DNA of 64,000 bases from Squalus acanthias (taxonomy: Eukaryota): positions 138,446,001 through 138,510,000 of the forward strand of contig CM059429.1 of the NCBI GenBank assembly GCA_030390025.1, written 5' to 3'. A program made the translations under genes and the position numbers. Shown in pieces: positions 46,346 through 59,139 of the stretch (positions within the stretch are counted from its first letter, which is position 1; the number at the start of each line of letters is the position of its first letter). Below the pieces are notes generated by a model, which did no database searches, was not told the origin of the DNA, and saw only the letters and a program-made list of their open reading frames with translations.

Positions 46346-47753
46346 CAATTCAAGGCAAGGGAACCGCAAACCTAAGATTGATCATAGAAAATTTAGCAGT
46401 GAAATAACTTAGTGAAGTTCAGCCAACTTAGAAAAGTTCTGATGTTCAGGGCTAATTAAAGCTTAGCCAATTTGATGCCTGGTATTGTCTTATTATAAGA
46501 TAAGGACAGAATGGAGATGTTCTGATCTGGTCAATATTGATTATTTTGGGGACCTTGTCAAAATGACTATCAGTTAAAACTCAAAGAAAAAGAACTTAAA
46601 AATTCACTGAGCCAACACTTATCCAATTAATAATCAAAGGACTGCAATGGAGGAATAACATAAAGGAAATATGAATGATGTTTTTGTTGTTGTTTTCACA
46701 AATTTTCACAATCTATACCACAGACTGTAATAAAGTGAAGAAAAAGGATCTCGTTTAATGGCATTAAATTGTACTAGAGGCAATACATTTTAGTGCTATT
46801 AGGCATAGAAAAATAATTTTAAGACTAATGGAGGTGGGATGATCAAGATAAAATATATTGTAGATTGAGAGAGATTAGTGTGAACTGCCGTATGGGAATT
46901 GTGCTACAGTGTTATATCTTGGTGACCACAAACAGCTGATTCAGTTGAACTTAAGGGAATTATTGCTTCATTCAGAACTTTTCCAACTAAAATTCTGCGT
47001 GTCCCTTAATATAGGGATATGGGAAAGGATAATGTGAAATGGAACTGACATTGCCTGTGCCATTTGTGGAATATATACAAAATTCTTGGCTTGTGTCTTG
47101 TATGTGATTATCTTTTAGATATGCCTATAGTATATATTCACATTTGGCCTAAATGCTTCTCTATATTAATATGGATCTGTTATAGTGGCTGTTTAGACCA
47201 TCCTTAGTGAGCTCGCGACTGAAGTCAAAATTAAAACTAAATCAAATAATACATTTCTAATAATCATGTGCAACTATATAGTATCTTTTTGTAATACTAG
47301 TTTTGTGCTAATTTCAAATATTTATCAAAACTTATTTTGCTACATTGCATCCTAAACAGCATATTTTAAGTTGAGTACGTTCATGCATTTTTACAATGAC
47401 TTGTGTTGTTAGCCATTTATTTTGTATGTAAACTTTGTTCAATTTCAAATTTGTTCAATTTGAAATCTAATTTACTGTAATATACCGCAGTCTAGATTTG
47501 GTGCCTGATTTTTGCTAAAATTAGCAAAGCCTTTTTGTATCCCTCTTTCTCTCTTCCTATGTGGTTTTTCTCTCGCTCACAAAGAATAAGTAGAAGTTTA
47601 GAGTAAATGTTACTAGTCTAAGTCGTCTTGCATGATGGGGGAATGCTATATGGATTAAACAACTTTTTGCTTATACTATCAAAAATGTTGTTTGTGTGTG
47701 ACGTATGCTAGAAATTGGCTAAGTTGCTTTATTTAATCAACCTTTTTCATGCT

Positions 47754-47759
47754 AATAAA
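47754..47759 (+). terminator. Candidate polyadenylation signal of TRIM45
   Basis: AATAAA near the end of an AT-rich, repeat-free 3'-UTR-like stretch; alternatives near 46729 and 48040. Confidence 0.35.
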
Positions 47760-49109
47760 ACATGCTGCTTATGTATACACTTGGTTTTTATGATTTCTCT
47801 TCTAAATCTGCAGAGTATTTTGATCAATCAAGTATACGGACCACTAAAAACAATTGGCTCTTCGAGCCTGAAGCAATTTCATGTGCTGTGTTGAAGCACT
47901 GGACTTCTTTCACCTATTGGGCTTTTCTCTGTGTCTGTATTTTTGTGATTCTTTCATTTGCCTATGATGTTCATCAGACATTTAAAAGGCTGGATTTTTA
48001 AATAGCACGTAATGCACAAATTCAATGTTTCACCTATTTAATAAAACTTAATTCAAAGTATTAATTATCTTTATCCTTCTGATTTCTGGGCTGTGCTTGC
48101 ATCCAACATATATCATCAACACATGGAAATTGGACATTAAAAAAATCACAATTTAAAGAAAGACTTTTATATAGCGCCTTTCACAAACTCAGGACGCCCC
48201 AAAGCGCTTCACAGCCAATGAAGTACTCTTGAAGTGGAGTCATTGTTGTAATGTAGGAAACGTGGCAGCCAATCTGCGCACAGCAAGCTCCCACAAACAG
48301 CAATGTGATAATAGCCAGATAATAGTGATGTTGGTTGAGGGATAAATATTGGCCCTAGGATATTTAGCAGAAAGAGTTCACATGAAATGCTCAAAACCAT
48401 AATGACCATTTGTGAAAGGACTTGGTTTTGACTGACTGAAATCAGCTACATTCATGCTTCTGACTATTAGACGAGAGTGCTATCATTGAGGTGAAGGGAC
48501 TAAAACTTTTAAAACAAAACGCCATTTCAGTATCAATTGAAACTGCAGGGTATCAATCTAACATTGCAATTCACATTACTGTGATTATGTTCTACAATGA
48601 TCATGATGACATTTCCATGGTCCTGGAGAGCACATGGACTATCATATTCAATGAGGTATTTGAATATTGATAACTGTCATATCCAATTTCATCCAGCTTT
48701 TTAAAGGACTTAGTTAGGACTTAGTAAGAGAATTGGAATCTGATTGTAACTTAAATCTTTTATTGTGTCTGACCAAGTCTCAACACACTCGATGTCTCTA
48801 AGCAGTAGTCATACAGAGAAATAAATGTAATCACCCCATTTTTCCTCTGGGTAGAGACATAACCATCATCGAACCTTTCGTTCTTGTGTCTCTCCTCAAA
48901 TTGTGAAGCACAGCTCAAGATCTTTATAGGCCTCTAGTCACACACACTCATCCTTATCGTGATAAGTGTTATTGTGAACAAGACGCCCAAAAATGAAGTA
49001 GTCCCTGACAACACCAGATGCTAACTTTATCATCTTGGGTCGATCGCCCTGCTTCCTGTCTCAAGGCTGTCCTATCTCGATGTATTGACAACATTTAGTC
49101 AATATGCTC

Positions 49110-50390
49110 ATGGTGAAATGGGTGGACACATGGCAGATGAAATTTAATGCAGAAAAGTGTGAAGTGATACATTTTGGTAGAATGAGGAGAGGACATATAA
49201 ATGGTACAATCCCAAAGGGGGTGCATGAACAGAGACACCTGGGGGTATATGTGCACAAATTGTTGAAGGTGGCAGGGCAGGCTGAGAAAGCAGTTAAAAA
49301 GGCTTATGGGATCCTGGGCTTCATAAATCGAGGTATAGAGTACAAAAGTGTGGAAATTATGATGAACCTGCATAAAACACTTGTTCAGCCCCAACTGGAG
49401 TACTGTGTCCAATTCTGGGCACCACACTTTAGGAAGGATGTGAAGGCCTTAGAGAGGGTGCAGAAAAAATTTATGAGAATGATTCCAGGAATGAGGGACT
49501 TCAGTTACGTTGATAGACTGGAGAAGCTGGGGTTGTTCTCCTTAGAGCAGAGAAGATTGAGAGGAGATTTGATAGAGGTGTTCAAAATCATGAGGGGTCT
49601 GGACAGAGTAGATAGAGAGAAACTGTTCCCATTGGCAGAAGGGTTGAGAACCAGAGGACACAGATTTAAGGTGATTGGCAAAAGAACCAAAGGCAACGTA
49701 AGAAAAAACTTTTTTACGCAGCGAGTGGTTAAGATCTGGAATGCACTGCCTGAAAGGGTGGTGGAGGCAGATTCAATCACTGCTTTCAAAAGGGAGTTGG
49801 ATAAGTATCTGAAGGAAAGAAATTGCAGGACTATAGGGAAAGGGTGGGGGAGTGGGACTAGCTGAGAGTCGACATAGGTTCGAATGGCTGCCTTCCGTGC
49901 TGTAACCATTCTATGACCACACTTGGAGTACTGTGTACAAGTTTGGTTGCAGAGAAGATTTACAAGGATGATACCAGAAATGTGAGGTTATACCCATCAG
50001 GAAAGGCTGAGAGGTGACCTAATAGAGGTCTTTAAAATTATGAAAGGTTTTGTTAGAGTAGATACAGAGAGAGTGTTTCCACTTGTGGGGAAGAGCAAAA
50101 CTAGAGGCCATCAATATAAGATAGTCACCAACAAATGAAAGAGGAAATTCAGAAGAAACTTCTTTACCCATAGGGTGGGGAGAATATGGAACTCGCTATC
50201 ACAGGGAGTAGTTGAGGCAAATCGTATAGATGCATTTAAGGGGAGGCTAGATAAGCATATGAGGGAGAAGGGAATAGAGGGTTATGCTGATAGATTTAGA
50301 TGAGGAAAAACAGGAGGGGTCTCGAGTGGAGCATAAATGCTGGCATAGACTGGTTGGGTCGAATGGCCTGTTTTTGTGCCGTATATCTTT
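49110..50390 (+). mobile_element. Two adjacent CR1 3' fragments (about 49110-49915 and 49916-50390)
   Basis: ORF 49104-49865 with WQMKFNAEKCEVIHFG, QLEYCVQFW, NFFTQRVV; the second fragment repeats the same region. Confidence 0.88.
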
Positions 50391-50461
50391 GTAGGCATGA
50401 ACCACACATCCTGTACTTCACCAGGAAACAAACAGCAGTCAGCTAAATTGGAAAATAATAT

Positions 50462-51382
50462 TGTAGGATCCGTTCCCCCCACCCCCCAACGGTAAAAATT
50501 GGACTATGAAATATAAAAACCCAGAACTGCAGAGCCAGCAAAAAGGGCTTGGCAATAAAGGGTTAATTCAAACATTGCAGCCGAAACTACGACTGGATCA
50601 CAGACAATCTAAAATACCAATGCTTCTGAAAAAGAACATTCGCATATTCATTTACCTTAAGGGGTTACATTGTCCACCTCAGACCATGGCCTCCGAATAA
50701 CTAGTTTCAGTGCAGGCCTAGACAATGGGCCGGGCCTCGAACCTTTTGAATACGAATGCTAACAGAAACCAACAACCTGGGAGGATTGCATTGTCAGAAA
50801 GATATCTCAAATCAATGGACAATTCACACATTTTGAAACGAATCATATGCTCAGAAGGGGGCCAGAAAATACTGCAAGTTGGTTTTGGTTTAAAGTAAGA
50901 TCACTTCGAAGACAGTGGTGTGAGAAGCTGACGGCAGAACAGCGAACAGAAAGATTCGGGCCTACAATCAACTCCAAGAGACAGCCGATCAGGAGTGGTA
51001 ATTGTATGTTTCAGCCAAATCATAGAGGGGGCTTTTATGACTGAGTCTGAGTAAGTTTGTGAGTTTCAGTCAGATCACAATGAGGGTTTTGTGATTGAGT
51101 CTGGGTAACTTTATATACAACAGTCAAATCGCGGACGGGTTTAACTGTGTCATATTGGGCTGATGCAAATGACCCTTGTGTAGGCGTTTGTATTTTGGGG
51201 TTGTTAGCCTAATATAAATCGTAGGGATTTATACTAGGGAAGTAATTGTATGTGTGTGTTCAATAAACGAACGAATCAAAGGTTGAGCCAAAACCCTGTG
51301 CCGTGTGTATTTTGTTCTTATAAATCCTGACGTCCAAGAACTGTGTGTAACGGGGGACCAGTATCGGAGAAAACCCCTTACA
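50462..51382 (+). mobile_element. Probable solo LTR (921 bp)
   Basis: TGTA...TACA termini, flanks ATAT/ATAC (4-bp TSD with one mismatch), internal direct repeats about 51020-51140, AATAAA at 51262. Confidence 0.6.
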
Positions 51383-51456
51383 ATACATTAAACCCTGAAG
51401 AATCCTGGGATACTTTAATCCACAAAACTCTTATGTACATACAGCAGCCAGCCTGG

Positions 51457-51675
51457 TCTTCGAAATAGTGCCATGGGATCTTTTACAGCCACCTGAGAGG
51501 GCAGACAGGGCTTCGGTTTAATGTCTCATTTGAAAGACGCCACCTTCAACAGCACTCTTTCAGTACTGCACTGAAATGTCAGCCTAGTTCATGTGTACAA
51601 GTCTCTGGAATGGGACATGAACTCACAACCTTCTGACTCAGGCGAGAGTGCTATCACTGAGCCAATGCTGACACC
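51457..51675 (-). mobile_element. Deu-domain SINE fragment
   Basis: Same core as 13582-13842. Confidence 0.65.
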
Positions 51676-51961
51676 TGTTAAGAAAGATGTTTGAGGAATA
51701 TCATACATACATGCAAGCTCTGAGCCAATCTCTCAGGATGTGAGTCTTGGGTTTACAACTATCCTTTGCGGTTGCATTTCAAAAGCATTATCTTCCTTGC
51801 AGCCACCAATGGAGCGAGTGGCAACTTCATTGGAATCTGCAGCAGATCCCCAGCCAAGGACAAGTCGGTGCCTCCATCTCAATTGAAGCTGCAGCTCTGG
51901 AGGAATTGGGGGACAGAATGGAGCGCAGTATGAATCACAGCTTCCACACCATGGCAACCAC

Positions 51962-53135
51962 TGTGTATTTGGACTTTCAAAAGGCTTTCGATAAGGTCCC
52001 GCATAAGAGATTAGCATGTAAAGTTAAGGCACATGGGATTGGGGGCAAGGTATTGACTTGGATAGAGAACTGGTTGGCGGACAGAAAGCAGAGAGTAGGA
52101 ATTAATGGGTCTTTTTCCGAGTGGCAGGCAGTGACTAGTGGGGTACCGCAGGGATCGGTCCTTGGACCTCAGCTATTCACAATATACATTAATGATCTAG
52201 ATAAGGGAACTAAATGTAATATCTCCAAGTTTGCAGATGACACAAAGCTGGGTGGGCGTGTGTGCTGCGAGGAGGATACCGAGAAACTCCAGAATGATTT
52301 GGACAGGTTGGGTGAGTGGGCAGAAGCGTGGCAGATGCAATATAACATGGATAAATGCGAGGTTATACACTTCGGTGTCAAAAACAGAAAGGCAAACTAT
52401 TATCTGAATGGCAATAGATTGGGAGAAGGGGAAGTGCAACGAGACCTGGGTGTCCTTGTGCACCAGTCGCTGAAGGTAAGCACGCAGGTGCAGCAGGCGG
52501 TGAAGAAGGCAAATGGTATGTTGGCCTTCATAGTGAAAGGATTTGCGTATAGGAACAGGGGTGTCCTGCTGCAGTTGTACATGGCCTTGGTGAGACCACA
52601 CCTTGAGTACTGTGTGCAGTTTTGGTCGCCTTATCTGAGGAAGGATGTTCTTGCCATGGAAGGAGTTCAGCGAAGATTCACAAGGCTGATACCTGGGATG
52701 GCAGGAATGACATATGAGGAGAGATTGGGTCGATTGGGCTTATACTCGCTGGAGTATAGAAGAATGAGAGGGGATCTCATCGAAACATAAAATTCTGACA
52801 GATCTGGACAAACTGGATGCAAGAAGAATGTTCCCGATGGTCGGAGAGTCCAGAACCAGGGGTCATAATCTAAGGATAAGGGGTAAGCCATTTAGGACAG
52901 AAATGAGGAAGAATTTCTTCACCCAGAGAGTGGTGAATCTGTGGAATTCTCTACCACAGAAGGTAGTTGAGGCCAAGTCATTAAATATATTGAAGAATGA
53001 GTTAGATATATTTCTTAAAGATAAAGGTATCAAGGGATATGGGGAGAAGGCAGGTACAGGGTACTGAGTTTGGATGATCAGCCATGATCTCATCGAATGG
53101 CCTACTCCTGCTCCTATCTTCTATGTTTCTATGTC
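51962..53135 (+). mobile_element. CR1 3' fragment, very similar to 55694-56887
   Basis: VYLDFQKAFDKVPH...KFADD...RPHLEYC; tctatgtttctatg tail. Confidence 0.92.
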
Positions 53136-53659
53136 TCAGGCCTTTCGGGATCTGGTAGCTTCCATTAGACCAGTCAGCTTGCAGATCAGTTGGGTCACAG
53201 ATCCAGGGCCCAGTGGAAGGGTGATGACTAGAGTCCACTTGCCCGATATTGACATCTCTTCGGACAACAGTACACATCAAGACTCCGGCCTTTCCCCTCA
53301 AAGCACCGTGCAAGTGGAACGTCAGGATGCCCAGGAGTAAGCACCAGAAATACAGCCAGTAGCGCTTCCCCGAAAGACGAGGGTCACCTCAGTCACATAA
53401 CCTTTTTGGAGAGTATAAGCAGCTAACTACCTCCTGTGCTTCAGGCCCTCAAGTTGCACCGAGAACAAACATGAGAATAGGTTAAATAAAAAGGCACCTA
53501 TAGGCACCCAGGGAAAGATGGTGTTAAGAAAGAGTAGTTTGATTGTGGGCACTTTGGAATTCACTGTTATAAAATAGAACATGCACTGACATGGCACTTT
53601 GTTATTGATGGAGATTAAAGTCATACAGGAAGTAGAAATAGGAGGATATTTCAAATGAA

Positions 53660-56600
53660 TACGTGGCTAGAGAAATGGTGCAAGGGGGAGGGATTCAAAT
53701 TCCTTGGACATTGGAACTGGTTCTGGGGGAGGTGGGACCAGTACAAACGGGACGGTCTGCACCTGGGCAGGGCCGGGACCGATGTCCTAGGGGGAGTGTT
53801 TGCTAGTGCTGTTGGGGAGGGTTTAAACTAAAGTGGCAGGGGGTTGGGAACCTGAGCAGGGAGACAGAGGAAAGGGAAACAAGGATAAAAGCTAAAGACA
53901 GGAAGGAGAAAAACAAAAGTAGAAGGCAAAGAACTCAACCGTTTAAATCAAACATGGTCACAGTAAATAATAATTCATATAGGTCTGAGAGCGTTAAAAA
54001 AACAAGCCTGAAGGCTTTGTGTCTTAATGCAAGGAGCATTCGGAACAAGGTGGATGAATTAGCTGCGCAAATAGAGGTAAATGAATACGATTTGATTGGG
54101 ATTACAGAAACATGGCTCCAGGGTGGCCAAGGCTGGGAACTCAACATCCAGGGTTATTCAATATTTAGGAAAGATAGGCAAAAAAGAAAGGGCGGTGGGG
54201 TAGCATTGCTGGTTAAAGAGGGGATTAACACAATTGAAAGGAAGGATATTAGCTCTGATGATGCGGAATCTGTATGGGTAGAACTGAGAAATAACAAGGG
54301 GCAGAAAACGTTAGTGGGAGTGGTATATAGACCTCCAAACAGTAATACGGAGGTTGGGGACAGCATTAAAAGGGAAATTAGAGAAGCATGCAGTAAGGGC
54401 ACAGCAGTCATCATGGGTGACTTTAATTTACATATAGATTGGGCTAACCAAATTAGTAAAAATACTGTGGAGGAGGAATTCCTAGAATGTTTACGGGATG
54501 GTTTTCTGGAACAATATGTCGAGGAACTAACCAGAGATCAGGCCATCTTAGACTGGGTATTATGTAACGAGAAAGGATTAATTAGCAATCTTGTTGTATG
54601 AGGCCCCTTGGGTCAAAGTGATCATAATATGATAGAATTCTTCATTAGGATGGAGAGTGAAGTAGTTGAATCAGAGACTAGGGTCCTGAATTTAAATAAA
54701 GGAAACTACGATGGTATGAGGCGCAAATTGGGTAGGATTGATTGGGGAATGTCACTCAAGGGGTTGATGGTGGATAGGCAATGGCATACATTCAAAGACT
54801 GCATGGATGAACTACAGAATTTGTTCATCCCAGTGTGGCATAAGAATAAAACAAAAAGGGTGACTCAACCGTGGCTAACAAGAGAAATTAGGGATAGCAT
54901 AAGATTCAAGGAGAGGGCATATAAATTGGCCAGAAAAAGCGGTAACCCTGAGGATTGAGAGCAGTTTAGGATTCAACAAAGGAGGACAAAGGGATTAATT
55001 AAGAAGGGGAAAATAGAATATGAAAGTAAGCTTGCTGGGAACATAAAAACTGACTGTAAGAGCTTTTATAGATATGTGAAGAGAAAAAGATTAGTGAAAT
55101 CAAGTGTAGGTCCCTTGCAGTCAGAAGCGGGGGAAGTTATAATGGGGAACAAAGAAATGGCAGACCAATTAAGTGCATATTTTGGTTCTGTCTTCACAAA
55201 GGAGGACACAAATAACCTCCCAGAGATGTTGGAGAACATACGGTCTGATGAAAGGGAGGAACTGAAAGAAATCAGTATTTGCAGGGAAATGGTGTTAGGG
55301 AAATAGACGGGATTGAAGGCCAATAAATCCCCAGGGCCTGATAATCTACATCCTAGGGTACTTAAGGAATAGTAGATGCATTGCTGATCATCTTCCAACA
55401 TTCGATGGAATCTGGAACTGTACCCATGAATTGGAGGGTAGCTAATGTTACCCCACTATTCAAAAAGGGTGGTAGAGAGAAAGCGGGGAATTACAGACCG
55501 GTAAGCCTGACATCGGTAGTGGGGAAAATGCTAGAGTCCATTATAAAGGATGTAATAGCTGAGCACTTGAAAAACAGTGACAGGATCGGACAAAGTCAAC
55601 ATGGATTTACAAAAGGTAAATCGTGCTTGACTAATCTACTGGAATTTTTTGAGGATGTAACTGGGAAAATAGATAAGGGAGAACCAGTTGATGTGGTGTA
55701 TTTGGACTTTCAAAAGGCTTTCGATAAGGTCCCGCATAAGAGATTAGCGTGTAAAGTTAAGGCACATGGGATTGGGGGCAAGGTATTGACTTGGATAGAG
55801 AACTGGTTGGCGGACAGAAAGCAGAGAGTAGGAATTAATGGGTCTTTTTCCGAGTGGCAAGCAGTGACTAGTGGGGTACCGCAGGGATTGGTCCTTGGAC
55901 CCCAGCTATTCACAATATACATTAATGATCTAGATAAGGGAACTAAATGTAATATCTCCAAGTTTGCAGATGACACAAAGCTGGGTGGGAGTGTGTGTTG
56001 CGAGGAGGATACGGAGAAACTCCAGGATGATTTGGACAGGTTGGGTGAGTGGGCAGAAGCATGGCAGATGCAATATAACGTGGATAAATGCGAGGTTATA
56101 CACTTTAGTGTCAAAAACAGAAAGGCAAACTATTATCTGAATGACAATAGATTGGGAGAAGGGGAAGTGCAACGAGACCTGGGTGTCCTTGTGCACCAGT
56201 CGCTGAAAGTAAGCATGCAGGTGCAGCAGGCGGTGAAGAAGGCAAATGGTATGTTGGCCTTCACAGCGAAAGGGTTTGAGTATAGGAACAGGGATGTCCT
56301 GCTGCAGTTGTACAGGGCCTTGGTGAGACCACACCTTGAGTACTGTGTGCAGTTTTGGTCGCCTTATCTGAGGAAGGATGTTCTTGCCATGGAAGGAGTT
56401 CAGCAAAGATTCACAAGGCTGATACCTGGGATGGCAGGAATGACATATGAGGAGAGATTGGGTCGATTGGGCTTATACTCGCTGGAGTATAGAAGAATGA
56501 GAGGGGATCTCATCGAAACATATAAAATTCTGACAGGTCTGGACAAACTAGATGCAGGAAGGATGTTCCCGATGGTCGGAGAGTCCAGAACCAGGGGTCA

Positions 56601-56887
56601 TAATCTAAGGATAAGGGGTAAGCCATTTAGGACAGAAATGAGGAAGAATTTCTTCACCCAGAGAGTGGTGAACCTGTGGAATTCTCTACCACAGAAGGTA
56701 GTTGAGGCCAAGTCATTAAATATATTGAAGAATGAGTTAGATATATTTCTTAAGGCTAAAGGTATCAAGGGATATGGGGAGAAGGCAGGTACAGGGTACT
56801 GAGTTTGGATGATCAGCTATGATCGCATTGAATGGCGGAGCAGGCTCGAGGGGCCGAATGGCCTACTCCTGCTCCTATCTTCTATGT
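53660..56887 (+). mobile_element. CR1 LINE (end of ORF1, APE, RT), young but disrupted
   Basis: ORFs 53954-54601 (LNARSI, GITETWL, YRPPN, MGDFN) and 55381-56802 (473-aa RT). Confidence 0.93.
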
Positions 56888-57769
56888 AAAATGTGCGGGT
56901 GCTCTGATCCTGTGAGAAGCAAGCGCAGGTGGTTACAGGCAGATTAGAAAAAAATTGCTTCAAAAAGCATTTCCTAGCTGCAGAAATCTGTGATCAAAAT
57001 CTCTTGACTCTTCTGTCTTCTCACTGCCCCCTGTATCAGCTGATCCTGGCAACTGCTGTACCTCATCATTCTCAGTCTGAGTCACCAGGAGTGCACCAGC
57101 AGTGCAAACCCAGGAAACTCATGACTGCCTTGTCACTGGCTCTCACTCTGACATATGCAAATGAGGCCAGTAGGGACTTGGCAGGCGGATCGTGGGAAGG
57201 CTCAAAAGAAAACTCGGGGGAAGCGTTTTAAAGGCGCACAAGCGTCAGAAACCAATTACACCTGAATTTCCTCGCTAAAAAAAACCCCACACGGTTTATA
57301 CACCATTAATGTACTGAAAACAGAGGAAATTCATTCCCAATCTTTAGTTCTTCCCTTCCAAGAAATCATGTGTTGTCTCCCTTTTACTTTTGCCTTGTTC
57401 AAGTGCACTAGTATCTGTCTTTTCAGTTGTACTTATTGATGGAACTTTGGATTGGAACCTAACCTCAACCTCCCGAGGTAGTTTGACTGCACTTTCTCTT
57501 TTAAGGTTACCTTGCGCTTGCTTTACAGAGCGTGTCCCTTCAAGCACAATTTCTCAATTAAATAATAGTTCAGAACTGTCTTCAAGTTGTTGCTTCAGAA
57601 ATGTCCTCAAGTGGCATTTTCAGAAAATGACCCGGTATTGCCTTCTCAGTGGCCCTGAATATATGTTCTTATACTTTTGTTACAATAACAAAACTGAGGC
57701 AAGAGATCAAGTTGTAACCTTTGGGAAAAAATTGCTTTGCTTGTACTAAGATCAATCTCCCTGCAAAGA

Positions 57770-58165
57770 ACGACAGAACCATAGGGGTTTATTAGCGCAG
57801 AAGGAGGCCATTCGGTCCAGTGTCTGTGCTGCCTGTTTGCTCGAGCATTCCAAAACTAATCTCACTGCCCTTATAACTTGTATCTTCTTCTGCTTTAAAT
57901 ATTTATTCAATTTCCCCTTAAAAGATGCAATCACTCCCTGTGGCAAAGTATTCTATGCTCCAACAATCCACTGTATAAAGAAATTTCTCCTAATCTCTGT
58001 CCTGATTCTCTTAGTGGCTATTTTAAATTGATTACCCCTCGTCATTGACTCCCCAACTAGAGGAATTAGTCTTTCCCTATTCACTTTATTAAAATGTTAA
58101 TCACTTTAAAAACCTCTATTAAATCTTCTCATAGCCTTCACTGCTCCAGTGGAAATAGTCCCAGT
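57770..58165 (-). mobile_element. Degraded CR1 3' fragment
   Basis: gcagaaggaggccattcgg terminus; RNFFIQ-like translation on the minus strand. Confidence 0.65.
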
Positions 58166-58359
58166 ATCATTCTGTAGATCAAGTCAGACAGAGAGCTCCT
58201 TGCCAATAACTATCCTCCTGGAATTCTGTAAAGGATAAGAATGCCAATTTGTCAAAATAGATCAATGACTCGATCCTCCATTGTCAACAGATTTCTGGAT
58301 AGCTGGAAAGGTTCTTCCAGCTCTGAGAAAGTCAATTTTGCAATAGATAATCCAGGCAA

Positions 58360-58799
58360 GGGCGGCACGGTGGCATAGTGGTTAGCACTGGTGCCTCACA
58401 ACGCCAGGGACCCGGGTTCGAATCCGGCCTCGGGTGACTGTCTGTGTGGAGTTTGCACATTCTCCCCGTGTCTGCGTGGGTTTCCTCCGGGTGCTCCGGT
58501 TTCCTCCCACAGTCCAAAAATGTGCAGGTTAGGTTGATTTGGCTATGGTAAATTGACCCTTAGTGTTAGAGGGGGATTAAATATGTGGGGTTACGGGGAT
58601 AGGATGGGATATGTTAGGGGGAATTAAATACGTGGGGTTACGGGGATAGGGTGGGATATGTGTCGGTGCAGGCTCGATGGGGATTCTGTGTGGGAAAGCA
58701 GGGACAGGGTACTGGATTTGGATGATCAGCCATGATCGTATTGAATGGTGGAGCAGGCTCAACGGGCCGAATGGCCTACTCCTGCTCCTAGTTTCTATG
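58360..58799 (+). mobile_element. Full-length HE1-like V-SINE
   Basis: A box tggcatagtgg, B box ggttcgaatcc, V-domain core, internal about 43-bp tandem duplication, CR1 tail. Confidence 0.88.
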
Positions 58800-58880
58800 C
58801 AAGGAACTGGTTTCACAAAGAGCAACATACATTTCTGAGGCAACTTTAACAAAGGAAATGACTTTTCTAATTATGGAACA

Positions 58881-58890
58881 GGAACTGAAA
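58881..58890 (+). promoter_or_regulatory. ETS-IRF composite element (EICE) in the proximal promoter of gene B
   Basis: GGAACTGAAA exactly matches GGAANNGAAA, about 80 bp upstream of the ATG. Confidence 0.45.
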
Positions 58891-58968
58891 TTGCTGATTA
58901 GTTGCTGAGAGAGTTGCTTTGGTGCTGTCAGAAGGTCTATTCCTGCATATCAGTGTTACTGATAAAGC

Positions 58969-59002
58969 ATGATGATTGATACATTGCTCCTGTTTTCAGT
59001 CT
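58969..59002 (+). CDS. Ig-superfamily gene B, exon 1: signal peptide
   Basis: MMIDTLLLFSV, donor T|gtaagt, phase 1 joins the V exon in frame (..SVCAATG LELLQSP). Confidence 0.75.
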
Positions 59003-59139
59003 GTAAGTATATCGATTCTATATATAAGTAATGTACATATAATCACATTTTAATATTGTCATAGGTTTACTATAGCATGGCACTTACGTTAAAACATTTT
59101 GAATATTTTTAAAACATTAATGAGGCTGTATTATAATAG

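Noticed and set aside
48745-49093. Possible further solo LTR
   Set aside because: TG and CA ends can be chosen but no convincing TSD was found.
51747-51961. Novel N-terminal domain fused to RT in ORF 51747-52790
   Set aside because: Chance in-frame junction of a 5'-truncated CR1 with flanking degraded sequence; TTG start and incomplete RT.
58360-58440. tRNA gene
   Set aside because: The A and B boxes belong to a SINE head that continues into the V-domain and CR1 tail.
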